Positions 1-9,165 of a DNA stretch of 38,126 bases are shown here, piece after piece. Made by a program: the position numbers and the translations under genes. This stretch comes from a virus (taxonomy: Duplodnaviria > Caudoviricetes). Under the pieces are notes generated by a model. That model was not told the DNA's origin, searched no databases, and worked only from the letters and a program-made list of their open reading frames with translations. Where the stretch lies: the IMG/VR virus record IMGVR_UViG_3300020045_002341, positions 1-38,126 of that record; one strand, 5' to 3'. Within the stretch, counting starts at the first letter, position 1. Each line of letters opens with the position of its first letter.

Positions 1-121
1 CGAACCCTTTACAATAGATGTAGAATGTAATAGGCTATTGGTTAGTGATGGAGTCGCAAATATGCTTTGTGGCTTCATCTACTACCATTATATGGTTGAT
101 GCAAACATTCAAGTTAACCAA
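1..121. repeat. Terminal direct repeat (assembly overlap), identical to 38006-38126
   Basis: First 121 nt (CGAACCCTTT...GTTAACCAA) recur exactly at the window end, and an ORF reads through the junction. Confidence 0.97.
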
Positions 122-310
122 CTAAGCGGAACGTCTAGAACGTCGTCAGAAGTAAGTGAAAACATAAGCATTCAATCGCAAGTGTACGAAAGGTTTAATA
201 GTAGTGTTTACACGGCTAGAGCAATACAAGAATACATTTGTTTGAATAGTTCAATCGTAGTTTACAATGACTTCAATGGTCAACGCTTAAAACTTAACTA
301 CTCGTTATGA
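1..310 (+). CDS. 3' part of putative head-tail adaptor; gene starts at 37824 and spans the origin (163 aa)
   Basis: Frame from ATG 37824 continues through the repeat into ORF 38-310; lies between capsid and tail genes. Confidence 0.65.
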   Translation, partial: EPFTIDVECNRLLVSDGVANMLCGFIYYHYMVDANIQVNQLSGTSRTSSEVSENISIQSQVYERFNSSVYTARAIQEYICLNSSIVVYNDFNGQRLKLNYSL

Positions 311-1032
311 TTAAAACAGGAGCGCAATTCTTTGAAACTAACATACTCGGAAAAATCAACAGTGAGGTTAAGATAGCTGAAATAGTTCTATCTAGTCCTA
401 CACGTTGGGTTGTTCGTTTATGTGAACTTAAATGGCTGCGTACACCAGGTTTATTATTAACAGATAGCAACGAGGGATGGCTTGTAAATTCTATCAACAC
501 GGTTAATAACACAGTTGAGTTAACACCACCAAATGACACAGCCGTTTTAATTGCTCAACAAGTGGTAAATATTGATTTACCCGTTCTTAAAGTTGGTACA
601 CAATTAAACTTAAACGCTGAACAAACCCATAAAATGAATACTGTCGGTTCTCCTTTAGAGCCTTTATTTGTGTGGTTAGTTGAAACGATTAAGGGAAAAC
701 GTTTGCTTAAAGAGGAAAATGGGGGTGCTCAATATGAGTTTGTTTTTTGCGTGTTATTTACCTTGAATAGTCCAATTGAAGATACGTTTAATAATCAACG
801 TCACTTTGATGGTGTTGTACAGGCTACACAGTTAGTAGATGAATTAACGCGTGTAATGGATGAATCAAATGGAATAACGAGGGAAACGGCGGTTGATTTT
901 ATTGAATACAATCTATTTGGGAGGGAAACAAAACAAGGTATTGAAAAATATATCCTCGATGCTAATTTGTCGGGCATCGAGTGCAGGGTAACTGTAAGAG
1001 CGACAAGAAAAATGTGTAACTGCGAGTGTTAA
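307..1032 (+). CDS. Putative neck/tail completion (terminator-like) protein
   Basis: 241 aa between adaptor and major tail gene; synteny only. Confidence 0.45.
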   Translation: MIKTGAQFFETNILGKINSEVKIAEIVLSSPTRWVVRLCELKWLRTPGLLLTDSNEGWLVNSINTVNNTVELTPPNDTAVLIAQQVVNIDLPVLKVGTQLNLNAEQTHKMNTVGSPLEPLFVWLVETIKGKRLLKEENGGAQYEFVFCVLFTLNSPIEDTFNNQRHFDGVVQATQLVDELTRVMDESNGITRETAVDFIEYNLFGRETKQGIEKYILDANLSGIECRVTVRATRKMCNCEC

Positions 1033-1054
1033 TGCTCGCTTAATTTTATAAAAT

Positions 1055-2047
1055 ATGGCATTAGATGTTCAAGGATGTTGTGAAAAAGACATTCATTCAT
1101 TAGGTGTAGGCTGTTCATTAGAAGCAGTATCTTTCACTAACGTATTCGCTTTAGAGCGTTATAGAGATGGCTTCCAAGCCTTTCTACCCGCTCAAGACGG
1201 TGTAAAGACAATTGGCGAAACCATTCAAGACATGGTTGCTCAAACGTCTACAACGCATAACAATTTATATCCATTCCCACGTCCAACGCAAATTACATTT
1301 GTTCCAAGTGACGAAACTACTTCGACAGACCCAGTAGGATACGAGCAAGTTAACGGTGGTGGAAATATCTACATGGCAACGATCTCATTCATTGGCGACA
1401 ATGCTACTACTCAATTAGAGCGTAACATTAAATCATTGTTTGGTTGCAAAGATATTGATGTTGTTTTTGGTGACGATAATGGGGCAATCGTAGGACTCAA
1501 GAAATTAGGTTTAGATGCTGCTTTGTTTGGATGGCAAGTACAGCGTTCAACGGTTAAAATCAAGTTCGAGCGTGCAATTAAAGGAACAGACGTAAACAAA
1601 TTAACGCTTTCATTCCAAGTGTTGAAAGTTTCAGTTACTTCTCAATGGACTTCGATTATTCCAGCAGATGTACTTGGATATTCAGCAGAGGATTTAACGC
1701 CTTTACGTTACTTCACGGGGCGTTTAAGTACTGTTTCTGCTACTTCATTGAGCGTTCAATTTATCGGAGATTCAGCAGATGCAACGAAGAAATTGTATTT
1801 AAAAGGATTTACGGGTACTTCACCACAAGTATTGACGTTGGTTAACTTAACGGCTAATACGAGTACAGCGATTGCAAGTGGTAGTATTGTAGAAGTTCCA
1901 GTTGACGATTCATTAGTTACAAACTTAGTTGGTACAAGCTACACCGTTACAATTACTGCTGCTACAACTGGTGACGAATTAAAATTGGTTGCAACGGGTG
2001 TAAGTGGTTACGAAACTATCACTTCAAATATTGTTGAAGCGTTGTAA
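1055..2047 (+). CDS. Putative major tail tube protein
   Basis: 330 aa, beta-rich with Thr/Ser/Val-rich C-terminal Ig-like extension; upstream of tape measure. Confidence 0.65.
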   Translation: MALDVQGCCEKDIHSLGVGCSLEAVSFTNVFALERYRDGFQAFLPAQDGVKTIGETIQDMVAQTSTTHNNLYPFPRPTQITFVPSDETTSTDPVGYEQVNGGGNIYMATISFIGDNATTQLERNIKSLFGCKDIDVVFGDDNGAIVGLKKLGLDAALFGWQVQRSTVKIKFERAIKGTDVNKLTLSFQVLKVSVTSQWTSIIPADVLGYSAEDLTPLRYFTGRLSTVSATSLSVQFIGDSADATKKLYLKGFTGTSPQVLTLVNLTANTSTAIASGSIVEVPVDDSLVTNLVGTSYTVTITAATTGDELKLVATGVSGYETITSNIVEAL

Positions 2048-2049
2048 TC

Positions 2050-2262
2050 ATGGCTAACGTTATCACAGTAGACGGTGAGCGATTCAATGGTGATTATCTA
2101 AAGACTATTACCGATAGGATGGCAGTTAGACAATTAGAGCATTTGTATAGTTACGGAACTATCATGAAGGCTTGGAAGATTGCTAACGGGAAAACCGTTC
2201 CGAATGTGAAGAAAAGTAGCAAATCGGAAAAACCAATTGAAGAAAAACCAATTGAAGATTAA
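2050..2262 (+). CDS. Small hypothetical protein in tail module
   Basis: 70 aa ORF 2 nt after tail tube stop, followed by terminator. Confidence 0.6.
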   Translation: MANVITVDGERFNGDYLKTITDRMAVRQLEHLYSYGTIMKAWKIANGKTVPNVKKSSKSEKPIEEKPIED

Positions 2263-2266
2263 AAAG

Positions 2267-2293
2267 AAAGGCTTGCAGAAATGTGAGCCTTTT
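2267..2293 (+). terminator. Intrinsic terminator
   Basis: AAAGGCTTGCA-GAAA-TGTGAGCCTTT hairpin with T-rich tail. Confidence 0.7.
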
Positions 2294-2301
2294 GTTATTT
2301 T

Positions 2302-2371
2302 ACCACTTATCATCTTGTTTTACCTTTCGTACTAATTATAGTCAATACTAATAATTGTTTTTATATGTTTG
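2302..2371 (+). promoter_or_regulatory. Double-box promoter copy 1
   Basis: ACCACTTATCAT (2302), ACCTTTCGTACT (2322), -7 box TATGTTTG (2364). Confidence 0.65.
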
Positions 2372-2391
2372 TTGGTAAGTTAAAAAAAAAT

Positions 2392-2808
2392 ATGGGAAGC
2401 ATAGAAACCTTTACTTTCATTGAAAAATCAATGAAAAATCTTCTTGAAAGCGGAGAATCAGACATTATTGAATGGGAAAATGGAATGGTAAAAGAATACT
2501 GGGAAGATATTAGTTTTATTGCTAATGGGAAAATGAAGTCAGCAAATGAACTTTGGAATGAAAACAAAGAAAAAATCTTGAATTGGTCTAAAGAAGTTTG
2601 TATTGGTTTTAAAGAAAGAACTGAATACAGTCCACGTTTGCATGTTTATTTTTTAAATAAACTTGAAGAAATTATAGATGATTACAATGTTTTCATGTTA
2701 AAATATGATTTAAAAGAAAATAAAAACACTTGGTTTTTTGAAGCATTAGAAGTTGTCTATTTTTTAAAACATAACTTCATTTACGTTACGTCATCAATTT
2801 TTATTTAA
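2392..2808 (+). CDS. Moron-like hypothetical protein (start likely ATG 2392)
   Basis: Very AT-rich ORF with its own promoter, between terminators, inside the tail operon. Confidence 0.65.
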   Translation: MGSIETFTFIEKSMKNLLESGESDIIEWENGMVKEYWEDISFIANGKMKSANELWNENKEKILNWSKEVCIGFKERTEYSPRLHVYFLNKLEEIIDDYNVFMLKYDLKENKNTWFFEALEVVYFLKHNFIYVTSSIFI

Positions 2809-2817
2809 AATAAACCG

Positions 2818-2889
2818 TATATTTGCTTTAATTCATGTCAATGTTATTTTTGTTTATTGGAAAGCGGGGTTTTTACTTCGCTTTTTTTT
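2818..2889 (+). ncRNA. Putative ~60-nt sRNA unit (promoter to terminator)
   Basis: TATATTTG at 2818, no ORF, terminator AAAGCGGGGT-TTTT-ACTTCGCTTT+T tract at 2861-2889. Confidence 0.4.
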
Positions 2890-2901
2890 GTTTTTATAAA
2901 T

Positions 2902-3369
2902 ATGGCTTATTTGGACTTTACGGGAATTTACAGCTTCATTGATAGTGGTCTTTCATTATCAGAGAATGGAGCGTGGAAATATTCGTTAAGCAAGTCCGAT
3001 GTACAAAGGGAAATAATTAGAATGAATCAAGAGCAACTATATGAAGAGGGAGAAGATTCAAAAGGACGCTGGTTAGGATTATACAGACCATTTACAATAG
3101 TTAAGAAGTTAAAGAATAATAATCCTAAAGGACGAAGAGTTGACCATGTTACACTTTACGACCAAGGACGTTTTTACGCATCTATGAAAGTTAATTACGA
3201 TTCAGATTCTTTTGAGGTAACGGCAGACGACAGTAGTTACTATGACCGTCCGCTATTTGAAATATACGGCGAGGATGTAGTTGGATTAAATAGTTTCAAT
3301 CTTGAAAGACTTAGATTATACATAACAAAATATTACCATGAATACATTGCAGAAAAACTACTACGTTGA
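2902..3369 (+). CDS. Putative tail completion/virion morphogenesis protein (start likely 2902)
   Basis: Y-x-P-x-T-x-x-x-K and VTLYDQGRF motifs resemble phage neck/tail completion proteins; synteny. Confidence 0.5.
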   Translation: MAYLDFTGIYSFIDSGLSLSENGAWKYSLSKSDVQREIIRMNQEQLYEEGEDSKGRWLGLYRPFTIVKKLKNNNPKGRRVDHVTLYDQGRFYASMKVNYDSDSFEVTADDSSYYDRPLFEIYGEDVVGLNSFNLERLRLYITKYYHEYIAEKLLR

Positions 3370-3865
3370 TATTAACGAATTGCTATTATTCAAATGGCAA
3401 ACTTGTCAAAGTGGTAACGGTGATTTTTGGGTTTTAAGACGTTCAAATGAAGTGACTGAACAACATAATCGTAAATGGTTATTAGGTCTCTTTAAAAAGT
3501 CTGAATGCAACGAGGAAAACGATTTAACAGCTTGGAATTTAGTACAGAAATCATTTGTTGATAGGCTAGGAGTTCCTAATGCAAATAAGGAATTTGCAGA
3601 TTTACAACGAAAGCATACAAAAGCGATTTACAAGTACCTTTCGGAAAATGAAGATTCACCAAATAAAAGGATGCTATTAAATGATATTGATTTTTATCAA
3701 GATAAAATAGATTCATTATTAAAGGTAGGTGAAAATACACCAAAAAACACCGTCGAAGAAACGCTTTTAACGCTTTCGAAAGGCGAGGGAATGAAATTAA
3801 CAACACACAACACTACTGTACTAGATTTTCACCTATTACTAGAAAAATACAAGAACAATGGCTAA
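3338..3865 (+). CDS. Putative tail assembly chaperone
   Basis: Helical 175 aa protein directly upstream of and overlapping the tape measure gene. Confidence 0.45.
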   Translation: MNTLQKNYYVDINELLLFKWQTCQSGNGDFWVLRRSNEVTEQHNRKWLLGLFKKSECNEENDLTAWNLVQKSFVDRLGVPNANKEFADLQRKHTKAIYKYLSENEDSPNKRMLLNDIDFYQDKIDSLLKVGENTPKNTVEETLLTLSKGEGMKLTTHNTTVLDFHLLLEKYKNNG

Positions 3866-6800
3866 GCAAGGATTAAATGAAGTTTGGAAAGGTGATAAGT
3901 CACCAATTGCACAATTAACGGAAGATTTACGTATAAGCCGTTCTGAATTGGATTTGTACACCGTTTCCATAGAAAAGACTAAAGAAGCGTTACAAGGTAT
4001 TACAAATGAAGCTAAGAAAGCGAAAGCAAATAAAGATAGTGGTGCGGGATTAAGCGGTTTACAGGCTACAAACGAGGAACATAAAAAGGCTATTGCGTTG
4101 CTTGAAAAAGAGAAAGCTGCTAGAGAATCTTTGAGAACATTAAATGATAAGCTGTCAGTAACAAAGAAACAGCAAATAGCTGCTGAAACAGCATTGAATA
4201 AACAGCGTGAGCGAGCCTTAGCGCAAATAGCAAAAGAAAGTAGTGCATACAATAAATTAAAAGCTACATTGTCTAGGTTAAAACTTGAGTATTTAGAACT
4301 TGGAGCGCAAAACCAACAAAACACAACACGGGGAAAAGAATTATTGGTTCAAATAACTGCTTTAGATAAAAAATATAAAGACTTAAATAGAAGTGTAGGT
4401 AATAATCAAGTTTTTGTTGGTGAATATGAAAAGGGATTAGGACGTTTAAAAAATAGTTTTCGTTCACTAATCGGTTTGGCTGGTCAATTTGGTTTGACAC
4501 TTGGTTTTGCTGCTATGGGTCGCTCTTTAGCTGATACTGAAATAAAGCTTAAAGCGCAAAGGTTAGCTTTAGCAAATGTTTTGAGTAGTCAACATGATTA
4601 TGAAAAAAGCCTTAGGTATTTAAGTGAGTTAAGTAAGAGTTACGGACAGGATTTACTTGTTTTAACGGACACTTACAAAAATTTTATAGCTTCATCAGAA
4701 AGTTCAAATCTATCTTTATTTGAACGTAATAAAATATATGAATCAATCATTAAAGCTGGTTCATCATTAGCATTATCTAACGAACAAATAGAGGGTTCGT
4801 TACTTGCTGTTTCCCAAATGTTTTCTAAGGGAACGGTATCAGCTGAAGAGTTAAGAGGGCAATTAGGAGAAAGAATTCCTGGTGCATTTGGTTTATTTGC
4901 AAAAGCTGCGGGGGTGTCTGAGGCTGAGTTAGGTAAAATGTTGCAAAAAGGAGAAATACTTGCAAAAGACATACTACCAAAGTTTGCTATTGAATTAGAA
5001 AACGCCTATGGTGAAAAAGCTACACAAAACTTAAAGACAATTTCTGGAGCTTGGAATGTTGCTCAAACACAAATATCTGAATACATATCTAAAGCAAATA
5101 CGGCTGGGGGATATACAGAACGATTGGCTGCTGCTATTTCATTTCTAGGTAAAAATATAGGTGGTATAATTACGGGTATATCTTTAGTGGGTAAAGCATT
5201 TTTAATATACAAGACAAGAGTAATTGCTTTAAATATTGCTAATAAACTATTTGGAGATGGAACAGAACAAAATAATAGGTCTCTAAAAAACTTAGGCTCA
5301 AACTTGAAAAATGCTACTAGTGCTTCTAGTGGTTTAGGTTCTGCTTTAAAAGGGATAGGATGGACAGCTTTAATAGGTTTAATTACTGAGGTTGCACAAA
5401 GGTTTTATGATATAGCTTCTGGAGCAGCTTTAGCAAGACAAAGAACAGATGAATTTGCAAAAGCAGTAGATAGAGGGAATAAAAGTGGCGATAAAATTTC
5501 AGGTGGTTTGCTCGAATCTTTAAAAAAACAATTACAAACAATAGATTTATTAAATGTTTCAGAAAAAGAACGTTTAAGATTAAAAAAGGAAGCTTACAGC
5601 TTTACACAAGCTGAATTAAAGCTAAAAATAAACGAAGCTTCATTATTATATAAAACCTTGGAATCTAGTAGACAACAAGCGAAGTTAGATCGTGATAAGT
5701 TTGTTCGTGAAAATGGTATGTTTAATATTAATACCCAAGCACAACTACAAGTAGAGTATCAATTAAAAGAATCTGTTGTTACGGCTGTTACAGCAAGACA
5801 AAAAGAAGCTAGAACTGTTATTGAAAATCTACGTGGCGAATATTCTAATTTAAGCGATACACTTCATGATTTGTCAGTAGAGCAAAAAACAACAATTAGT
5901 AATACGGATATTGAAAGTAAAAAAGTTAAAGAAAAAACAAAAAACTATAAAGATGCAAATGACCAAATACAAAGAATGGTTTCGTTGTTGGCTGAGCTAC
6001 AACAAATACAGGACGATGTAAGTGTTTCGGAAAGTGAAATAAGACTTAACCAAGCAATACAAACAGAAATTGATTCTATAATTGAAACGGGGCAATATTC
6101 ACTTGAATTGATAAATAAAATAATTTTAGCACAATATGAACTTGAAAAGGCTATTATTGATAGACAAGCAACAGAAGAAATAGATTTAGCAAAAAATGAA
6201 GATGAAGTAATAAAAGCTGGTGAAAAAAGGGGTATTAAATTACTTGAATTAGAAGATAGAATTGCTCAAAAGAAAAAGGATATAAATGAAAAGGTAAATG
6301 ATGCTTTAGGAAATCGCGAACAAAAATGGATAGACCAACAGAAAAACGGAGCGAATGAAGTAGCTGAAAATGATAAAAAGTTACACGATGAAGAATTAGC
6401 AAGACAAAAAGAAATAGCTGATTTACGAAAAAAAACCGTAGAGGAATTAATACAAATGCAGATTGAAAAGTCAAAAGCAGTTGAAACGGCAATAGGTAAA
6501 GAAATAGACGCGAATAAAAAAGCACAAGACCAATTACAAGAACAGGCTAATCTAGGTGTTGATACGGCAAAACAATCTTTAGCTGAATTACAGAAAATAG
6601 AGATTGAGAAAACAAAAGCACAGGCAAAAGAAGCGAAGAAACAAGAGAGTTTAGAACGAATTAAGGTAGCTTATCAGTTGTTTGAACAGTTCATATCTAA
6701 AGGTGACAACGTGGCAACAGCGGGTGGAAAAACACTATCAGGAATGAGTGTATTAACCGCTTTAATTAATGGGTTTAAAAAATTCTTTCATGGTACGGAT

Positions 6801-7193
6801 GACACGGGTAAAACGGGTGGAATGAAAGACCAATACGGAAATATTACGGGTGTAACGCATGAGAATGAACAAGTATGGAGTGTTGCAGACCGTAAAGCAG
6901 TAGGATTCAAGTCGCGTAAAGAAATCAAGGAAGCGGTTAAATTGGCTGAATCAGGCGGTTTAAATCCTGTTTTTTATAATGCAAGCGTACGTAAAGATTC
7001 ATTCTCAATGGCTGAAAAGGTTCAAGAGAAAGAAAACTTTAAGCCTGTATTAAGTGCATTAGATAAGGTGTATCGTGCAATTGCTGAAAAACCTGACCAA
7101 ACATTTAGTGTTGAAATGGTTGACGGTATAGGAAAAGCCGTAGTAGCTACAATGAAAAAAGGGAATGATAAACTAACTAAAATATATTCATAA
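3858..7193 (+). CDS. Tail tape measure protein
   Basis: 1111 aa coiled-coil; tape-measure motif SQMFSKGTVSAEELRGQLGERIPGA. Confidence 0.92.
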   Translation: MAKQGLNEVWKGDKSPIAQLTEDLRISRSELDLYTVSIEKTKEALQGITNEAKKAKANKDSGAGLSGLQATNEEHKKAIALLEKEKAARESLRTLNDKLSVTKKQQIAAETALNKQRERALAQIAKESSAYNKLKATLSRLKLEYLELGAQNQQNTTRGKELLVQITALDKKYKDLNRSVGNNQVFVGEYEKGLGRLKNSFRSLIGLAGQFGLTLGFAAMGRSLADTEIKLKAQRLALANVLSSQHDYEKSLRYLSELSKSYGQDLLVLTDTYKNFIASSESSNLSLFERNKIYESIIKAGSSLALSNEQIEGSLLAVSQMFSKGTVSAEELRGQLGERIPGAFGLFAKAAGVSEAELGKMLQKGEILAKDILPKFAIELENAYGEKATQNLKTISGAWNVAQTQISEYISKANTAGGYTERLAAAISFLGKNIGGIITGISLVGKAFLIYKTRVIALNIANKLFGDGTEQNNRSLKNLGSNLKNATSASSGLGSALKGIGWTALIGLITEVAQRFYDIASGAALARQRTDEFAKAVDRGNKSGDKISGGLLESLKKQLQTIDLLNVSEKERLRLKKEAYSFTQAELKLKINEASLLYKTLESSRQQAKLDRDKFVRENGMFNINTQAQLQVEYQLKESVVTAVTARQKEARTVIENLRGEYSNLSDTLHDLSVEQKTTISNTDIESKKVKEKTKNYKDANDQIQRMVSLLAELQQIQDDVSVSESEIRLNQAIQTEIDSIIETGQYSLELINKIILAQYELEKAIIDRQATEEIDLAKNEDEVIKAGEKRGIKLLELEDRIAQKKKDINEKVNDALGNREQKWIDQQKNGANEVAENDKKLHDEELARQKEIADLRKKTVEELIQMQIEKSKAVETAIGKEIDANKKAQDQLQEQANLGVDTAKQSLAELQKIEIEKTKAQAKEAKKQESLERIKVAYQLFEQFISKGDNVATAGGKTLSGMSVLTALINGFKKFFHGTDDTGKTGGMKDQYGNITGVTHENEQVWSVADRKAVGFKSRKEIKEAVKLAESGGLNPVFYNASVRKDSFSMAEKVQEKENFKPVLSALDKVYRAIAEKPDQTFSVEMVDGIGKAVVATMKKGNDKLTKIYS

Positions 7194-8911
7194 TGGATAT
7201 TTACGGCGGTATAAACGAATCTGAAAAGCTAAATCCTGAGGGATGGGAGCAGTTCGGATTAGTTCGACAATTTGAAGTTCAAGATAATAGATTGACGGTT
7301 GATACAGGAAGCTTAACACTTTACCGTGAAGATAGGCAACTACTACACGATTGGAATTATTTACAATATGGTAGATTTATAAATTACCCTATCAAGATAA
7401 CGTCGGGGAACAACTATGTAGGTAGGTATTATTTAGACTTATCAACGCAAGTGTTTACAGATTCATCATTTACGGCAAATCTAGTTGTTCGAATGGGTAA
7501 TGACCATTTCTTTGAACGTGCAAAAGGCTTGTTATTTGAAGAGGTACGTGCAAAAGGCTTTATTTTAGATTCAATGCTAGTTAATTTCCCTTATCAAATA
7601 GTTCAGCAGTATACAACACTTGAAAAGGTTATTTTAGTTGCTACATTGATAGGATTGAGTCAAACTTTTATAAACATAATTAGGGATGCAGCGTATTTGA
7701 TTAATGAAATTGCAAACCCCACGAATGTAGCAGCTTTGATATTAAAGGCTTTAACATTCGCTATTTGGGTGACGGCAACAGTTGTGCTAACTATTCAATT
7801 GATTAAGGAAATAAAAGCATTAGTTTGCCCTAAGATAAGAAATTTAAAAGGGTGTTCAGATTATGATTTAATTGATGCTGGTTGTCGTTATTTAGGATTT
7901 ACATTTGCTAGTGATTACATGGTGCAATTTAAAGATAACACTTTCTTTTTGCCTGTTCCCGAAGCCGTACCAAGTAAATCGTACTTTGATTTTACACAAG
8001 ATGAACTTACAAATGTATTTCAAAATAAAGGCTATCCAACTGTATTAGATGGTGAATTAGGCTTTCTTTGGGGTTTAATTGACGATTGGTTACGCTTGCA
8101 TAATTTAGAGATATTTGTTCGTGATGGATTAGTAAGAATCGAAACACCCGAATATTTCAATAATACAGCAAATCTACAATTACCATACGCATTTAGTGAC
8201 CAGACAAATTCTCAAAAAGAATGGACGTATAACAACGAATTACGAGATGTTTGGCGAAGAAAATACTTAACATATCAAACTGATTATGTAGATACGCATT
8301 CTCCTGATATTGATGGTCCTGTTAGAACTGAATACATAACCGAACCTATTAATATACCAACGGGATTTGAGGATTTGATAGCGCATAAAGGAATGAATGA
8401 GATACAAAGTGGTTTTGCATTATTGAAGCGTAAAAACAAGTTATTACCGGGTGAAAAAGTATTGTTTGAAATAGCGAAAAAAGCAGACCAAATAATTAAC
8501 TTATTCGGCGGTTCATCAAATTTTGCAAGTGGTATAAATGAACGTCAAGGAATAGGAATGATAGGTTCACAATGGTATAGCGTACCTAAAAGAGTTTATG
8601 CGAATCGGTCAAATGGGAAACAGCCATCAGACTACTTGCAAAAACTTTCTTTGGACACGTTGTATTTAACGAATCATGCTCAATTTGATGTTAAGAACCA
8701 AAATTCAAAACGATTTGAAATTGAAATACCATTAACGCCAAATCAATTTGACATCTTTCAGGCTAATAATAGATTTTATTTCTTAACAGGCGAATTAGCA
8801 AAGTGCATGAGTTGTACATTTAAAGAAGCAAAATCCCAAAGAGTTGCAAGTATGATAGTTCAAATTGAAGATAATAGCGCGTTTAACACAAAAACAACTA
8901 AATTAGCATGA
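7193..8911 (+). CDS. Tail tip/hub structural protein
   Basis: 572 aa directly after tape measure; internal hydrophobic segment. Confidence 0.55.
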   Translation: MDIYGGINESEKLNPEGWEQFGLVRQFEVQDNRLTVDTGSLTLYREDRQLLHDWNYLQYGRFINYPIKITSGNNYVGRYYLDLSTQVFTDSSFTANLVVRMGNDHFFERAKGLLFEEVRAKGFILDSMLVNFPYQIVQQYTTLEKVILVATLIGLSQTFINIIRDAAYLINEIANPTNVAALILKALTFAIWVTATVVLTIQLIKEIKALVCPKIRNLKGCSDYDLIDAGCRYLGFTFASDYMVQFKDNTFFLPVPEAVPSKSYFDFTQDELTNVFQNKGYPTVLDGELGFLWGLIDDWLRLHNLEIFVRDGLVRIETPEYFNNTANLQLPYAFSDQTNSQKEWTYNNELRDVWRRKYLTYQTDYVDTHSPDIDGPVRTEYITEPINIPTGFEDLIAHKGMNEIQSGFALLKRKNKLLPGEKVLFEIAKKADQIINLFGGSSNFASGINERQGIGMIGSQWYSVPKRVYANRSNGKQPSDYLQKLSLDTLYLTNHAQFDVKNQNSKRFEIEIPLTPNQFDIFQANNRFYFLTGELAKCMSCTFKEAKSQRVASMIVQIEDNSAFNTKTTKLA

Positions 8912-9165
8912 TGAATTTAGACAACACAATAAAAGACTTACAAAAGGCATTATCTGAAATATTGCCAAATTCGGGATTAACACCCGAACAAAAAGCGAGT
9001 GTAGGCAAAATAATGAATGGTAGTGCTTCAATTGCTTCATTAATGGGTAAAATTGATATTGATAATACAAATATTGATAGCCTTTTAAAAGATGCTATTT
9101 CTAAGCAACAAACAATAGAACAACAATTTAACGATTTGAAAGATGGGATTAATAGTAATAGATAA
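8908..9165 (+). CDS. Hypothetical protein
   Basis: 85 aa ORF overlapping both neighbours. Confidence 0.6.
   Translation: MMNLDNTIKDLQKALSEILPNSGLTPEQKASVGKIMNGSASIASLMGKIDIDNTNIDSLLKDAISKQQTIEQQFNDLKDGINSNR

Noticed and set aside
2227-2256. 15-bp duplication (EKPIE x2), and ACGTGCAAAAGGCTT x2 at 7516/7546
   Set aside because: Short in-frame coding duplications with no further structure
2050-3865. Tail chaperone programmed frameshift (lambda G/GT type)
   Set aside because: No convincing slippery site linking two frames was found
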